Positions 1 through 10,463 are shown, counted from the stretch's first letter. The stretch is DNA of 64,000 bases from an uncultured delta proteobacterium (GCA_963706575.1 CAVPNL010000004.1:544001-608000), one strand, 5' to 3'. Notes: generated by a model from the letters alone, not told the origin. Made by a program: numbers and translations.

Positions 1-411
1 ACGACCATTGAGACTGCTAATATACAGAAAATCCAGCCCTCCTCGGAAGATAACGGGATCAATGCAGCTGACAATCTAATAATATATTTCCCGCCTGATT
101 CAAATAATCTTACAGCGAAGGCATTTGAAAAGCTTGATCGAGTTTTTATGTTTATGGCTAAAAATCCTAAAACAAGAATCAATATCAAAGGATTTTCAGA
201 TTCGACTGAATCATCTTCTTATGATCAAATGGTATCCGAAAGTCGTGCGAATACAGTAAAAAATTATCTTATAGCAAAGGGGATTGACTCGGCAAAAATA
301 TCAACTTTGGGGGTGGGATCTCAGGCCGTCTCCGCAACCAAAGGCACTGAAGAGGAAAAACAAATGATTGGCCATGTTGTAATTGAATTTAATACTCCAA
401 CCACAAAATAA
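1..411 (+). CDS. OmpA/MotB-like peptidoglycan-binding domain protein, C-terminal part (5' end outside window)
   Basis: Frame is open from base 1; IYFPPDS...INIKGFSDSTE...SESRANTVKNYLIAKGI resembles the OmpA C-terminal motif. Confidence 0.8.
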   Translation, partial: TTIETANIQKIQPSSEDNGINAADNLIIYFPPDSNNLTAKAFEKLDRVFMFMAKNPKTRINIKGFSDSTESSSYDQMVSESRANTVKNYLIAKGIDSAKISTLGVGSQAVSATKGTEEEKQMIGHVVIEFNTPTTK

Positions 412-754
412 TCACTTTAAAAATCGCGTACACCTCATGCAGTTTCAAATTTTGATTTTATGATTTGTATTTATTTGCAATGAACCAGCTTTCTCAAAAT
501 CACAGATATTTCTAAAAAATCAGCACTTTTGAATCAATCAAAAAGTTGTGACATCGATTTCATAACTGCATAAATGTTCTTCTTTATAATTTTGTTGATA
601 TCCCTTCCACAGATTTGCCGAAAGATTCATCAAGATAGATTCAACCTCATTAAACCACACCCATCATAATTTTCGATTCTATTAAAGATTCTTTTAATGT
701 TGCCGATTTATTACTTACGCACAAAACCATCATTTTTTAAAGGGAGATAGCTTT

Positions 755-1225
755 ATGTATTGCACTTTTGCGAAAAGATTGTTTGTCGGTCTATCGATTG
801 TATTTTTTATTGTTCCCGCTATTTTTACAGTTGGTTGTACTGCCAAAAAAATTAAAGTGGTATATGATAAAGACGCCAATTCAGGGTATTCGGAGATGGG
901 CCATAAGCATAAGAAAGGAGGCCCCCCTTCACATGCACCTGCTCATGGGTATCGAGCTAAACACCAGTATCGGTATTACCCAAACTGTTCAGTCTACTTT
1001 GACTATGGACGGAAATTATACTTTTATATAAAAGGCGATCACTGGGAAGTTGGTGCTTCCTTGCCGAATCACCTTCGGTTCAGTTTGGGTGATTCTGTGA
1101 GTATTGAATTGGATACCGCTAAACCCTACATTCACCATGCGGAGCATGTAAAGAAATACCCACCGGGGCATATGAAGGACAAGTATAAAAAGAATAAGGG
1201 TAAAAAGGAACACAAATGGGGCTAA
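755..1225 (+). CDS. Hypothetical lipoprotein with His/Lys-rich GPPxHAPAHGYR motif
   Basis: GGGAG RBS; hydrophobic signal ending TVG-C; followed by a terminator. Confidence 0.75.
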   Translation: MYCTFAKRLFVGLSIVFFIVPAIFTVGCTAKKIKVVYDKDANSGYSEMGHKHKKGGPPSHAPAHGYRAKHQYRYYPNCSVYFDYGRKLYFYIKGDHWEVGASLPNHLRFSLGDSVSIELDTAKPYIHHAEHVKKYPPGHMKDKYKKNKGKKEHKWG

Positions 1226-1254
1226 GGCATATTTATTAAAATTTTATAGTTGAT

Positions 1255-1288
1255 AAAGGCAGGGCAAGTAATGGCTCTGCCTTTTTTT
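1255..1288 (+). terminator. Intrinsic terminator
   Basis: AAAGGCAGGGC-loop-GCTCTGCCTTT followed by a T run. Confidence 0.8.
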
Positions 1289-1490
1289 GTGATACAACTA
1301 ATCGCAAATCGGCCTAAATTGCAGATATCCCTTATAGTATCTGTACAAAATTTGACCTCCAAAAACTACAGATACTGTAAACTACAAGCTCTTGAAGACT
1401 TCTGAAATAGTGTGATATTAGACTGTCAATAGCGGTACTAACTCGCCTTTCAATTCTGCCCTATGTCCTCTGTCTTCTGACCTCTGATGC

Positions 1491-2951
1491 CTATTTAGAA
1501 GGTGCAATAAAATTTGCGACGTAATAGTCATCTATGATTCCCTTAGCCTTAAGCGATTCGCCCAAGTCCCTGGCGGATTTTTTATCCGGAAAATGCGAAA
1601 CGCGAACCTGATACCATTTTTTGTTGGCGCTGATCGCTTCCCGCCAGTAGGCGTCCAAACCCTGCTTTTTCAAATTTTCCACGAATTTTTTCGCATAGAC
1701 CGGCTTTAGATAGGCCGCTACCTGCAAGGTGAATGGATCTGTAATTTTTTCCGGCGCTTTTTCAATTTTTTGGGCAACCGGAGCCTCGGTCTTTACCAGA
1801 TGGCCCACCGTGTTGATCACCAGGACAACGACGGCCGCCGTCAATCCGGCCAGCAGAACGCCGGTGAACACCTGTCTCGATTTTTTTGACTGCCGGGCCC
1901 ACCGGCCAGCGGAACGTAATTGCCGGTAAATCCAGACCGGCAGGGCGGTAAGATCTTCATAAAATGTCTGCAGCACGGCACCGGTTGTTTGCAGAAAAGA
2001 CGGCTTTTTCTGAATCGACCGCTGAACGGCTTGTTGGTCGGCAAGCGGTACAGAGGGCTTAAACCCGGCACTCATCTTTTTTATTTCAGCCGGATCAATA
2101 CCATCCAGGTAAGCGTAAGCCTGTTTCAGCAACGGTTTGCTGCGCTCGGTAAGCGAAATCCATCGCACACACGCCGCAATACCCCTTAAGATTTCAGGGC
2201 GGTGATCACTTTTTTCAATTGCCTTGAGATAAATCGCAAGCGCCCATTCATCTGCGCGTCTCTCCCTTAGAAAAAGGCCGGCCAGGTCTTGGAGGAAGTC
2301 AACCGACAACGGTTGGTCGGCTGTCAGGATCCGCCGGTATGTTTGCAGTGCCGGAAAATCGGTCCTCTCCAGCGTTAGATAAAAGCGGGCAAGTACGGAT
2401 TGGATGGTTCGATTTTTTGGCTGGGCGCTGCCGATGAGATAAGCCAGATCCTGATGTTCTTCCTTCAAGCCTCCGCGGCTTTCGATCTGCTGTATCCAGT
2501 TTTCGGCAACTTCTTCATCTTGCGGATTGGATTGCAGATAGGATACCAGAAATATTTCAGCGTCGTAAGTTTTTCGGGCACGGGCCAGATAAAACCGGGC
2601 AACACGAGCGGTTAACGCATCGGTCTTTTGCTTTTTTACGAGCGGTGAAATCAGAAAACTGTCGAAAACAGCCATTGCCCGTCGAAACCGCTTTTCGGCC
2701 TGGTTAACCATGCCATCTCTTTCATAAACCCCGGCCTCATGGATGAGCCTTTCAAGCGAGCCAAGCCCCCATCGGTTCGAAATCCATCCGATCAGCAAAA
2801 ATGCTGTCACAAGGATGAGCGCAACCGGTAGCAGCACCCATTGGAGCCCCATCTGGGCCTGGAAAGACGGCAGCACCCACAGACAGGCCACACCGCCTAT
2901 AAGAACGGTCAGCCAGATGCGCACCGAGATATGTTTCAAAAAAGATAGCAT
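1491..2951 (-). CDS. Membrane protein with helical domain and C-terminal SPOR domain
   Basis: FTLQVAAY...A...L...G...WYQVRVSHF...A SPOR motif; start placed at ATG 2951 because the 5' extension is a 7-mer repeat. Confidence 0.8.
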   Translation of the reverse strand: MLSFLKHISVRIWLTVLIGGVACLWVLPSFQAQMGLQWVLLPVALILVTAFLLIGWISNRWGLGSLERLIHEAGVYERDGMVNQAEKRFRRAMAVFDSFLISPLVKKQKTDALTARVARFYLARARKTYDAEIFLVSYLQSNPQDEEVAENWIQQIESRGGLKEEHQDLAYLIGSAQPKNRTIQSVLARFYLTLERTDFPALQTYRRILTADQPLSVDFLQDLAGLFLRERRADEWALAIYLKAIEKSDHRPEILRGIAACVRWISLTERSKPLLKQAYAYLDGIDPAEIKKMSAGFKPSVPLADQQAVQRSIQKKPSFLQTTGAVLQTFYEDLTALPVWIYRQLRSAGRWARQSKKSRQVFTGVLLAGLTAAVVVLVINTVGHLVKTEAPVAQKIEKAPEKITDPFTLQVAAYLKPVYAKKFVENLKKQGLDAYWREAISANKKWYQVRVSHFPDKKSARDLGESLKAKGIIDDYYVANFIAPSK

Positions 2952-2955
2952 GGTT

Positions 2956-3054
2956 GGTGTAAAGTGTTTGGTGTTTGGTGTTTTGTGTTTTGGGGCCAAT
3001 CCGTAATTTTCAGCGGATCAGAAACTAAACACTAAACACAAAATACGAAACACC
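2956..3054. repeat. Inverted degenerate 7-mer repeat element (GTGTTTG / CTAAACA)
   Basis: gtgtttggtgtttggtgttttgtgtttt ... aaactaaacactaaacacaaaatacgaaacacc. Confidence 0.8.
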
Positions 3055-3063
3055 CGTTAATTA

Positions 3064-5233
3064 TTACTCGGGCGGCAGATCTTCCTCTTTAATCGTGGAA
3101 TCGTCTTCCGCTTCTACTGTTGGCTTGCTTGCCTCCTCAATTATGGGTTTACCCCCCTTTATTGTGGCGGGTTGATCCGGTACCTGATCGGCGGGCCTGT
3201 CCGCTACTTCTGTGGCGGACCCGTCCGGTAGGGTATCAGCAACCTGGCCGGAGCGCAAAGCGACTTTTACGGGACTGCGCGTCCATTGAGCGGCGATTTC
3301 ACCGCTAACCGGATCAACCGTTTCAAAGTGTATATCGGGCGGAACGGTAAATTCCCGCGGGGGTTCGCCGCTTGTGGCCTTTATCATGAAATCCGCCCAA
3401 ATGGGTGCAGCCCCGCGCCCGCCGGTAATGCCAACCCCGTTTACATCGCGCATGCTGATCCCGCGGTCATACCCCACCCAGACCGAAACGCTGAGCGTGG
3501 GGGTAAAACCGGTAAACCAGGCATCACGATAATCATCGGTTGTACCGGTTTTGCCCGCAGCCGGCAGATCGAAACCCATGCGCCGCGCGATTCGACCGGT
3601 GCCCGCAGTCAAAACACCGCGCATCATGTCGACCAGCTGAAAGCCGATGCCGGCATCCAGGGTACGCTGGCCTCGAACAATTTGTTCTTCCAACACGCGA
3701 CCCAGAGGGTCTTCGATCCGGCGGATCCAGAACGGTTCATGCCGCACGCCGCCGGTTGCAAAGGTGCCAAATGCCGAGGCCATCTCCAGAGGGCTGGCGC
3801 CGGAGGTCCCCAGCGCCAGCGAATAAACCGGGGTTAAGGCGCTTTTGATTCCGGAGCGACGCGCCACGTCGATCACCGCATCCGGACCGACACGTTCAAC
3901 CAGCTGGGCGGCAATCACATTAACGCTTTTCATAAGGGCCTGTTTTAAAATCATGGGCCCTTCATATTCGCGCCCGAAATTCTGGGGCCTCCAGTCACTG
4001 GCACCCTTGACCGGTATCGTAATGGCTTTGTCCACAAAAACGTCGGCCGGGGTCAAATCCAGCTTTTCAAATGCCGCATAATAAAGAAAAGGCTTAAAAC
4101 CGGATCCGGGAAGACGATTACTTTCCACTGCCCGGTTAAATTCCGTTTCGGAATAATCTCTTCCGCCCACAAGGGCTTTGACGGCACCGGAGTTACATTC
4201 GATGGCCACCAGTGCTCCCTGCGGGTGAGTCAGCGGGCTGGCGCTGGCGGTATCATCACCGTCGGAAATTCCCATCAGCCGATCCAGTTTTATCAATCCG
4301 TTTTGCAGAGACTCGGTTGCCCAGGCTTGCTGCTGGGGGTCCAGCGTGGTGCTGACCTTCAACCCGCCGTGGTAAACGACCTCCGGGCCGTAACGTTCTT
4401 CGAGATCGTTTAAGACCAGATCAAGAAAATAGCTGCCTTTAGTTGTGCCGGCAGCATGAGGCCATCAATTGCAGCTCGCTCTGAAAAGCAACCGTTGCTT
4501 CTTCCGCTGTCGTATAGCCCACAGCTTTCATGCGTTCAAGCACCAGTTGCTGTCTTTTTTTGGCGCGCTTAAAATACCGGTAGGGATTATAGCGGGTCGG
4601 CGATTTGGGCAGGCCGGCCAGCAAAGCGGATTCCGCCAGATTGAGCTCCAGCGCAGGCTTTCCGAAAAACGATCGGGCCGCCTGTTCAATTCCATAAGCG
4701 CCGACACCAAAGGGAATTTGATTCAGATAGGCTTCCAGTATTTCACGCTTGCTGTATTGCGACTCGATTTGAAGGGCCACCAGCAGCTCACGAAATTTGC
4801 GCATATAGGTTCGCCGATAGCTGAAAAACAGATTCTTGGCAAGCTGCTGGGTGATGGTTGACGCCCCCTGGATCCTGCCGCGCTCAAAAACAGTTATCCA
4901 CAGCGCTTTCAGGGTACGCAGTTTATCAAGGCCATGGTGCTCCCAGAACCGATGGTCTTCAGTGGCGATTACCGCTTCGATAAAGGAAGGGGAAATCCGG
5001 TTGAGCGGGACGACTTCCCGGCCGCCAATAACCATCAGCCTTTCGCCGGTCGCCGCAAATATTTCCGTAGGCGGCGTTTCGATGATACGCCCTAACGGCT
5101 GCGGTACCTGGGGCAATTCGCGCATCGCAATGAAAAACAGACCGGTCGTCAGCAAAGCCCCCAGACCTGCCAGGGTCAATCCCAGGTAAAAAAGGATGCT
5201 GAAACGACGCAAACTTACGGCAAATAGACTCAT
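3064..5233 (-). CDS. Class A penicillin-binding protein (PBP1A family), split by a one-base frameshift near 4462
   Basis: Transglycosylase motifs EDHRF and GASTITQQLAKN in 4439..5233; transpeptidase SGFK, SVN and KTG in 3064..4362; removing one base joins the frames. Confidence 0.85.
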
Positions 5234-6153
5234 TGACGGGTCCAGTTTTTTTTCTGCTCATTGGTTTGACCGGCAGCCTTATCCATATCCATACCTTCCA
5301 GATGTGATCGCAAGCGCCAGACCGCCCACTCATGACCTTGAACTAAAACGACGCGGTGCTGGGTGCCATCGAAGAATTCAAAGGCCAGCTCGATAAAGCC
5401 GGACAGGGTTTCATCAGATATGCCGATGCGCACAATTTTCCCGGATATTTGCAACAGCGTCTCCGGATGCGGCACCATGCTGCGGCGCACCTCTTCGGGA
5501 AAAGATTCCAGCGAATTAAAAAACTGATCGGCAGAATAGATACGATTTTTAAAAATCGGCAACTGATCCAGAGATTCTGCCAGAGCCACTTCACCGCGTT
5601 TCAATTGGGACAACAGAACCGAATCCAGTTCAAGTTGCCGCAACACCCGGTTGTTGGCATCCAGCAGATAGATCATCAAACCGGTAATGGATTTTTCAAA
5701 GTAGGTCCGACGCCAGCGCCCGTTGCTGACAAGTCCAAGTAGTTCAAGGGGGGAGATAATGTCATGGGCAATCGACGGTGCCAGCCGCGAATAGAGCTTG
5801 CGGAAATGACCGGCTGAAAGCATCACCCCTTTTCCGAGGGCCACATTGGCAGCAATTTGCGTAAAGGTGGCAGCACTGCGGGCTTCGCGCTGCAGTGCCT
5901 GACGGTCGGTTAGGATTTGTTCGAGGGTTTGCTGGGCGGTTCGGGTTTGATGGCTTTTTTCCCAGATAGAGCCGGATTCAGGGCGCTCTGAATTGGTGGT
6001 CACCAGATAAGACCCTAACAAGCGTTCCATCCAATCAAAGCGAAGTTCCAGGATAAAGATGCAGCTTAGCATCATGAGCAACAAAATAGGCCGCAGTGCG
6101 AATACTCTTTTCGCCCATTCTCTAAAATCTCTTGGCTCAGCCCATTCGGTCAT
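5230..6153 (-). CDS. Hypothetical membrane-anchored protein, coupled to the PBP gene
   Basis: One N-terminal TM; ATGA overlap with the PBP start; start ATG 6153 is my choice. Confidence 0.7.
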   Translation of the reverse strand: MTEWAEPRDFREWAKRVFALRPILLLMMLSCIFILELRFDWMERLLGSYLVTTNSERPESGSIWEKSHQTRTAQQTLEQILTDRQALQREARSAATFTQIAANVALGKGVMLSAGHFRKLYSRLAPSIAHDIISPLELLGLVSNGRWRRTYFEKSITGLMIYLLDANNRVLRQLELDSVLLSQLKRGEVALAESLDQLPIFKNRIYSADQFFNSLESFPEEVRRSMVPHPETLLQISGKIVRIGISDETLSGFIELAFEFFDGTQHRVVLVQGHEWAVWRLRSHLEGMDMDKAAGQTNEQKKNWTRQ

Positions 6154-6292
6154 GATAAAGGTAAAATTGCTGTATTGGAAATCAAAGGTTTTAAGTGGAG
6201 CCCGGAGGCCCGTTTGCGTTCTGTGCTGCAAAAAAAAATCGGATATTTTCCTTATTTTATGAAAACCAGTAAAAGGTGTCAAGAATGCGAAA

Positions 6293-7054
6293 ATGAAGGC
6301 TTGTCTGACAAAAAAAATGCAGTTTGCTTTAGTGATTGTCGGATTTTTAATTTTGCCCGCGGCTCACGGTCTGGGAGCCGTCATTGTTTATGACCGCGTG
6401 ACAACCGTTGGAACACCGGTTTATTTAAAGGTGTTAACCAAGGGAAGAATTTTTGCCGACGGCGGAAGACTGGCGGAGTTTTATCTGGATGATAAAAGCT
6501 TCGGTAAAAATTTAACCGGCGGAGATGGCTACGGATATTTGAAATATACACCCCGGCGTACGGGAATCATTAAAGTCAGGGCAACATCACAGGGGGAGAG
6601 CGGTGCCGGTCTCGTACTGGTAATGAAAAAAAGCGAGAAGGCGGTTCTGATTGAAATCGAAGGCGGGTTCAAAGATGTATTTATCTCAGATATCGCAGCC
6701 GGAGCCAGTCGCCAGGCTGTTAAACAGCTGCTGAAGAAATATCGCGTTATCTACTTGAGCCGGTATACGGGCATTCGGATGGCACGGAGCGCGCTGGATG
6801 AAATGGAGTTTCCGGAGGCACCGGTTTTACGTTGGCAGGGCGAGCAGACACTCAACGCCTTAAAAGAAAAAGGGGTCAATCTTTATGCCATCATCGGTCC
6901 GACCAGCGTGATTGACACAGCTGCCGACCATATAAAAAAACGATACACTTTTGATCAAAACCAAAAAGAACAGACCGTAAAAGACTGGCAAGAAGTGATG
7001 GAGCGGTTGTCAGAAAGCGCTTCCCGGAATCCCCAGAAAAGTAAAAAGAAATAA
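6293..7054 (+). CDS. Exported hypothetical protein, possible degenerate LNS2/HAD-like domain
   Basis: Signal peptide; beta-rich N-domain then VLIEIEGG...RVIYLSR...AIIG. Confidence 0.65.
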   Translation: MKACLTKKMQFALVIVGFLILPAAHGLGAVIVYDRVTTVGTPVYLKVLTKGRIFADGGRLAEFYLDDKSFGKNLTGGDGYGYLKYTPRRTGIIKVRATSQGESGAGLVLVMKKSEKAVLIEIEGGFKDVFISDIAAGASRQAVKQLLKKYRVIYLSRYTGIRMARSALDEMEFPEAPVLRWQGEQTLNALKEKGVNLYAIIGPTSVIDTAADHIKKRYTFDQNQKEQTVKDWQEVMERLSESASRNPQKSKKK

Positions 7055-7065
7055 GATAATTTTAT

Positions 7066-7195
7066 CTGCTTATCCGGAAAGTCCAAGTTCCATTAGATAA
7101 ACCCTCTGTGGGAGCGGCTTCCAGCCGCGAAATCAACTGTCGCGGATAGAAGCCGCTCCCACATTCAATACCAATTTTTCTTTCCGGATAATCAG
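7066..7195. repeat. REP-like doublet nested inside 16-bp outer inverted repeats
   Basis: Inner TGTGGGAGCGGCTTCCAGCCGCGA / TCGCGGATAGAAGCCGCTCCCACA (7107-7163); outer CTGCTTATCCGGAAAG / CTTTCCGGATAATCAG. Confidence 0.85.
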
Positions 7196-7201
7196 AAAAT
7201 T

Positions 7202-8563
7202 TTATTTTGGTCCCAGGTATTTGTGGATGGTTCCGTCGGCGGCCACAGCGTAAACCGCACCGTCATTTGCCAGGGCTATGGATGCCAGGCCGTTTCCGCT
7301 AAAATTGGTATCCTGGCTGCGGGTCGACATATCGTGGCTGAAGGTAAGCAACGAACGGGTAGATACATAGATACAGTTTTCAGTTACAGCCGGTGAAGCG
7401 TATGTTTGACCTGTCAAGGCAAATTTTCTCGGCAACTCTCCATCGTGAATAAGGGTGCCATCCTGTTGGCGCAGAACCTCAATATGATCCTTTGCGATAA
7501 TAAAGAGGTTCTCCTCGGGACCTGCCGCCGGAGTCGCAAAGACCGGCCGGCCGGCGTCATGCTCCCACAATTTGATACCGGTTACCGCATCATAGGCCAG
7601 CGTCTTTCCATCCTGTCGTCCGAAAACCATCATGCCGTTGCGTAACAGAGCGCTGGAGGAATGTTTTTCAAACGGGTGAAATTCCCGCCAGACGACAGAT
7701 AATTCATCGTCCCATTCATAGACGCCGATGCTGCAGAGGTTATCTGCAATTGCGATCAGCGGTAATTTTCCGTCCGTAAAAACAGCCGGAGTCGGATCGA
7801 CAAATACATCCGGCAGCTCACGGTCGCCGGTTTCAGCAGGATTGGCTAAAATAAATTCCTCGACCGCTGAAAAAGAATCGAACACATCTTGACTGTTGGC
7901 ACGCTGCTGGGCGCTGCCCCATTTGCAGCGGCCCAGGGTTTTGTCATCGAGTTTGTCGACCGTTTTGCCGTTGTCGCGCAAGACCAAAAGCGCTCCCTGG
8001 GGGTCATTACCAACGACAGCCGCCAGGTAAACAAAAATAAGCGTGTCTTCACCCCATTCCAAAACCTTGGGGGAGCCGGATGTAAACCCGTTATCCGCAA
8101 ATTCATATGACCAGCGAATTCTACTGAGTTCATCGACCTTGTGCAGAACACTTCTGTAACGCCGGTTGGCTAATGGGTGGAGCGTGATGACATAAACATC
8201 TCCGCTTCTGGAGACAGCGGGGGTGGAGACAATATGTGCAATTTTATCCTTGGAAGCGAATGAACGACGCCAGCGCTCATCACCACCCTCTGAATCGATG
8301 GCCACCAGTTCACCATCCACGGTACCGAGATATACGATTTGTTTTCCACTGATATCGTTCCCGATGACTGGAGAAGAGCTCGTAAGTTTATAGGGTCCGG
8401 CAACCCACGCCGAAGAAAGCGCAAAGCCGCTTTCCACAGGTATGTAGCCCTGGCCCGCTAAATTACCGTGAAATTGTCTCCACTGCGGGATACCGCCGCT
8501 GGCACAGCCAGTCAAAATCAGGAAACAGCATGTCAAGATAGCGCTGCGCAATAAAGAGGTCAT
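7202..8563 (-). CDS. PQQ-type beta-propeller lipoprotein (BamB-like repeats)
   Basis: Lipobox LTG-C; WRQFHGN; repeats such as SSPVI, G.LVAID...G..RW, LAYDAVTGIKLW; GGAGG RBS before ATG 8563. Confidence 0.8.
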   Translation of the reverse strand: MTSLLRSAILTCCFLILTGCASGGIPQWRQFHGNLAGQGYIPVESGFALSSAWVAGPYKLTSSSPVIGNDISGKQIVYLGTVDGELVAIDSEGGDERWRRSFASKDKIAHIVSTPAVSRSGDVYVITLHPLANRRYRSVLHKVDELSRIRWSYEFADNGFTSGSPKVLEWGEDTLIFVYLAAVVGNDPQGALLVLRDNGKTVDKLDDKTLGRCKWGSAQQRANSQDVFDSFSAVEEFILANPAETGDRELPDVFVDPTPAVFTDGKLPLIAIADNLCSIGVYEWDDELSVVWREFHPFEKHSSSALLRNGMMVFGRQDGKTLAYDAVTGIKLWEHDAGRPVFATPAAGPEENLFIIAKDHIEVLRQQDGTLIHDGELPRKFALTGQTYASPAVTENCIYVSTRSLLTFSHDMSTRSQDTNFSGNGLASIALANDGAVYAVAADGTIHKYLGPK

Positions 8564-8724
8564 GTTCAGATCCTCCCTCAGATAATTGTTCTGCAGGGAC
8601 ACTTTACCTAAAAGCTTTTTTTAAACTGGGAGGACAAACATGTCAATATCTTCCTGAAAAATCGGCTGATTAAAGAAAAACTGCAAAACCCCCACAGGGC
8701 CAAAAAACTGTGACTGGCTCACGA

Positions 8725-9042
8725 TTAAACCACCGGGTACCCGGCCGATTTCCAAGCTTCCACACCGCCCTTAACGACTTTTACGTTGCTGTAGCCATCG
8801 TTTTCTAATTTTACCGCCAGACCGGCGGCACTGGCCTCCTGCGATCAGGCACAGTAAAAAATCATCTCCTGATTTTTGGCAAGTCCGGGCAGTCTCGACC
8901 GGAATTCCGAAAAAGACAGTGCCCCCTCAAGGTGATTGGTTTTAAATTTGTCGGCATCGTCATATGCACAGACCAGAAGCGCCTGTCCGGCAGTAACTTT
9001 TTGCCTTGCTTCCTGCGGCGAAATTCGAATTGGTTCACTCAT
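8725..9042 (-). CDS. Rhodanese-domain selenoprotein (FYC-A-U motif), 105 aa
   Basis: In-frame TGA at 8845-8847; read-through gives SQEASAAGLAVKLENDGYSNVKVVKGGVEAWKSAGYPVV, completing the rhodanese C-terminal signature. Confidence 0.85.
8812..8830 (-). promoter_or_regulatory. Bacterial SECIS-like hairpin
   Basis: UGCCGCC-GGUCU-GGCGGUA starting 14 nt after the UGA. Confidence 0.75.
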
Positions 9043-9163
9043 TGATCGCTCCTTGGTTTATCGTAAAAAGTTCAATTTAGGTAAGAATAATATAGGCAGG
9101 ATTACTCCGAAAGCAACCATGGGATTCCTATTCTCAATTGGAATGAAGGGGGGGCATTTTAAA

Positions 9164-9260
9164 AGCATAGCGCAAAGCGCATGGCGCATAGCGTAAGTGA
9201 CATTAAAGGGGATGGCGAGCGTTTTTTAACGCTTTGCGCTCTGCTCTATGCGCTTAGCGT
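9164..9260. repeat. Inverted 7-mer repeat element (GCGCATA-like)
   Basis: agcatagcgcaaagcgcatggcgcatagcgt ... acgctttgcgctctgctctatgcgct. Confidence 0.8.
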
Positions 9261-9267
9261 TATCTTT

Positions 9268-10170
9268 TTACCATCGTCGATAGTGATAATGACCGGAATG
9301 CAGGGAGTGAAGAACTTCTACGGAAAATAGCAGTGCCATAGATGAGTAAAAAATCCACATTAAGATGACGATAACGGAGCTAAGGGAACCATACAATACG
9401 TTAACCTCGGTGATATGACTGATATACACGCTGAAAAGCTTCCGGGCCACGATCCACAGCAGGCAAAAGACAAATGCTGAAATCAGTCGGTGTCGCAGCT
9501 GTATTTTTATATTCAGAAACAACTTGATGGTGATAAGATAAAAAGCGATCAGCACCATTACAGATAATACATTGATTCGATGGGAAGTAAATGCGGTCAG
9601 GGCCATTTGGGAAATCTGATTAACATAAGGCGTACTGTTTATGGCATTTAAGATATGGGATATGACCGTTGAAAGAATAATCAGGATGAAATTGGACATA
9701 AAAAAAAGTAAGCCGGCAAAAACGCTGATAATGACATAAAACGCCTGCCCAAAAAGCAAATGCCGGGGGGGAAGCTGGAATATTTTGCGGTATGAGGTTT
9801 CAAGCGATTTGAAAAAAAGACCGCTGATGATCGGCAGCATTAAAAAATTAATGGCCTTAAAGGATCCGTAGGCATCCGGGTTAATAACATGGGATTTGAT
9901 CCAATTCTTGGTTACGAAGGGAATGATATGATTTATTTCTTCGGCAAGGACCTCAGAAATATTGCCGCTAAAGGCGCTATTGGCAATAAAGAAACCTTTA
10001 ATCAGATCAAAAATCAGAATACTTAAAGTGGAAAACGGAATGATCGATAGTAAAAAAACAAAAGACACCGATAATGACAGCGTCACACAGTCATCTTTAT
10101 CAAATTTGTTTAAAGCGGCTGAAAACAAATTGTATCCCGGGATGTTTAGCCGTAAAACTCGTGTTTTCAT
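9268..10170 (-). CDS. YihY/BrkB family membrane protein
   Basis: SF..LLSIIP and LYGSLSSVIVILMWIFYS motifs, multiple TMs. Confidence 0.8.
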   Translation of the reverse strand: MKTRVLRLNIPGYNLFSAALNKFDKDDCVTLSLSVSFVFLLSIIPFSTLSILIFDLIKGFFIANSAFSGNISEVLAEEINHIIPFVTKNWIKSHVINPDAYGSFKAINFLMLPIISGLFFKSLETSYRKIFQLPPRHLLFGQAFYVIISVFAGLLFFMSNFILIILSTVISHILNAINSTPYVNQISQMALTAFTSHRINVLSVMVLIAFYLITIKLFLNIKIQLRHRLISAFVFCLLWIVARKLFSVYISHITEVNVLYGSLSSVIVILMWIFYSSMALLFSVEVLHSLHSGHYHYRRW

Positions 10171-10232
10171 TACCCTTATCGGTGACCTCCAACCGGAGGC
10201 ACCCGCCCCCCTCGGATGTATTTCAGCCGATT

Positions 10233-10463
10233 CTAACTTTCCATGAGTTCGGCTGTCAGATCTTCACGCACGTCATAATCAAGTGATTTTATGCTGGGAA
10301 ATAGGTCAACGAGGATTTTTTTTGTTTTTTCGATGCCGCTGATCGCCTGATACATCTTGTTGTTTTCGGCTTTGGTCAGATCCAGTTGTCCGCTAATTTC
10401 ATCAATGTCATCCAGTATAAAATCCAATTCGTTGATGACTCGTAGAAAATCCTGAGTCTCCAT
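10233..10463 (-). CDS. Small acidic hypothetical protein
   Basis: AAGGAGG RBS before ATG 10463 (METQDF...). Confidence 0.7.
   Translation of the reverse strand: METQDFLRVINELDFILDDIDEISGQLDLTKAENNKMYQAISGIEKTKKILVDLFPSIKSLDYDVREDLTAELMES

Noticed and set aside
1333..1379. 13-bp inverted repeat TATAGTATCTGTA/TACAGATACTGTA
   Set aside because: Single occurrence between convergent genes with no assignable function
2952..2999. N-terminal extension MAPKHKTPNTKHFTPT of the SPOR protein
   Set aside because: It is a translation of the 7-mer repeat arm
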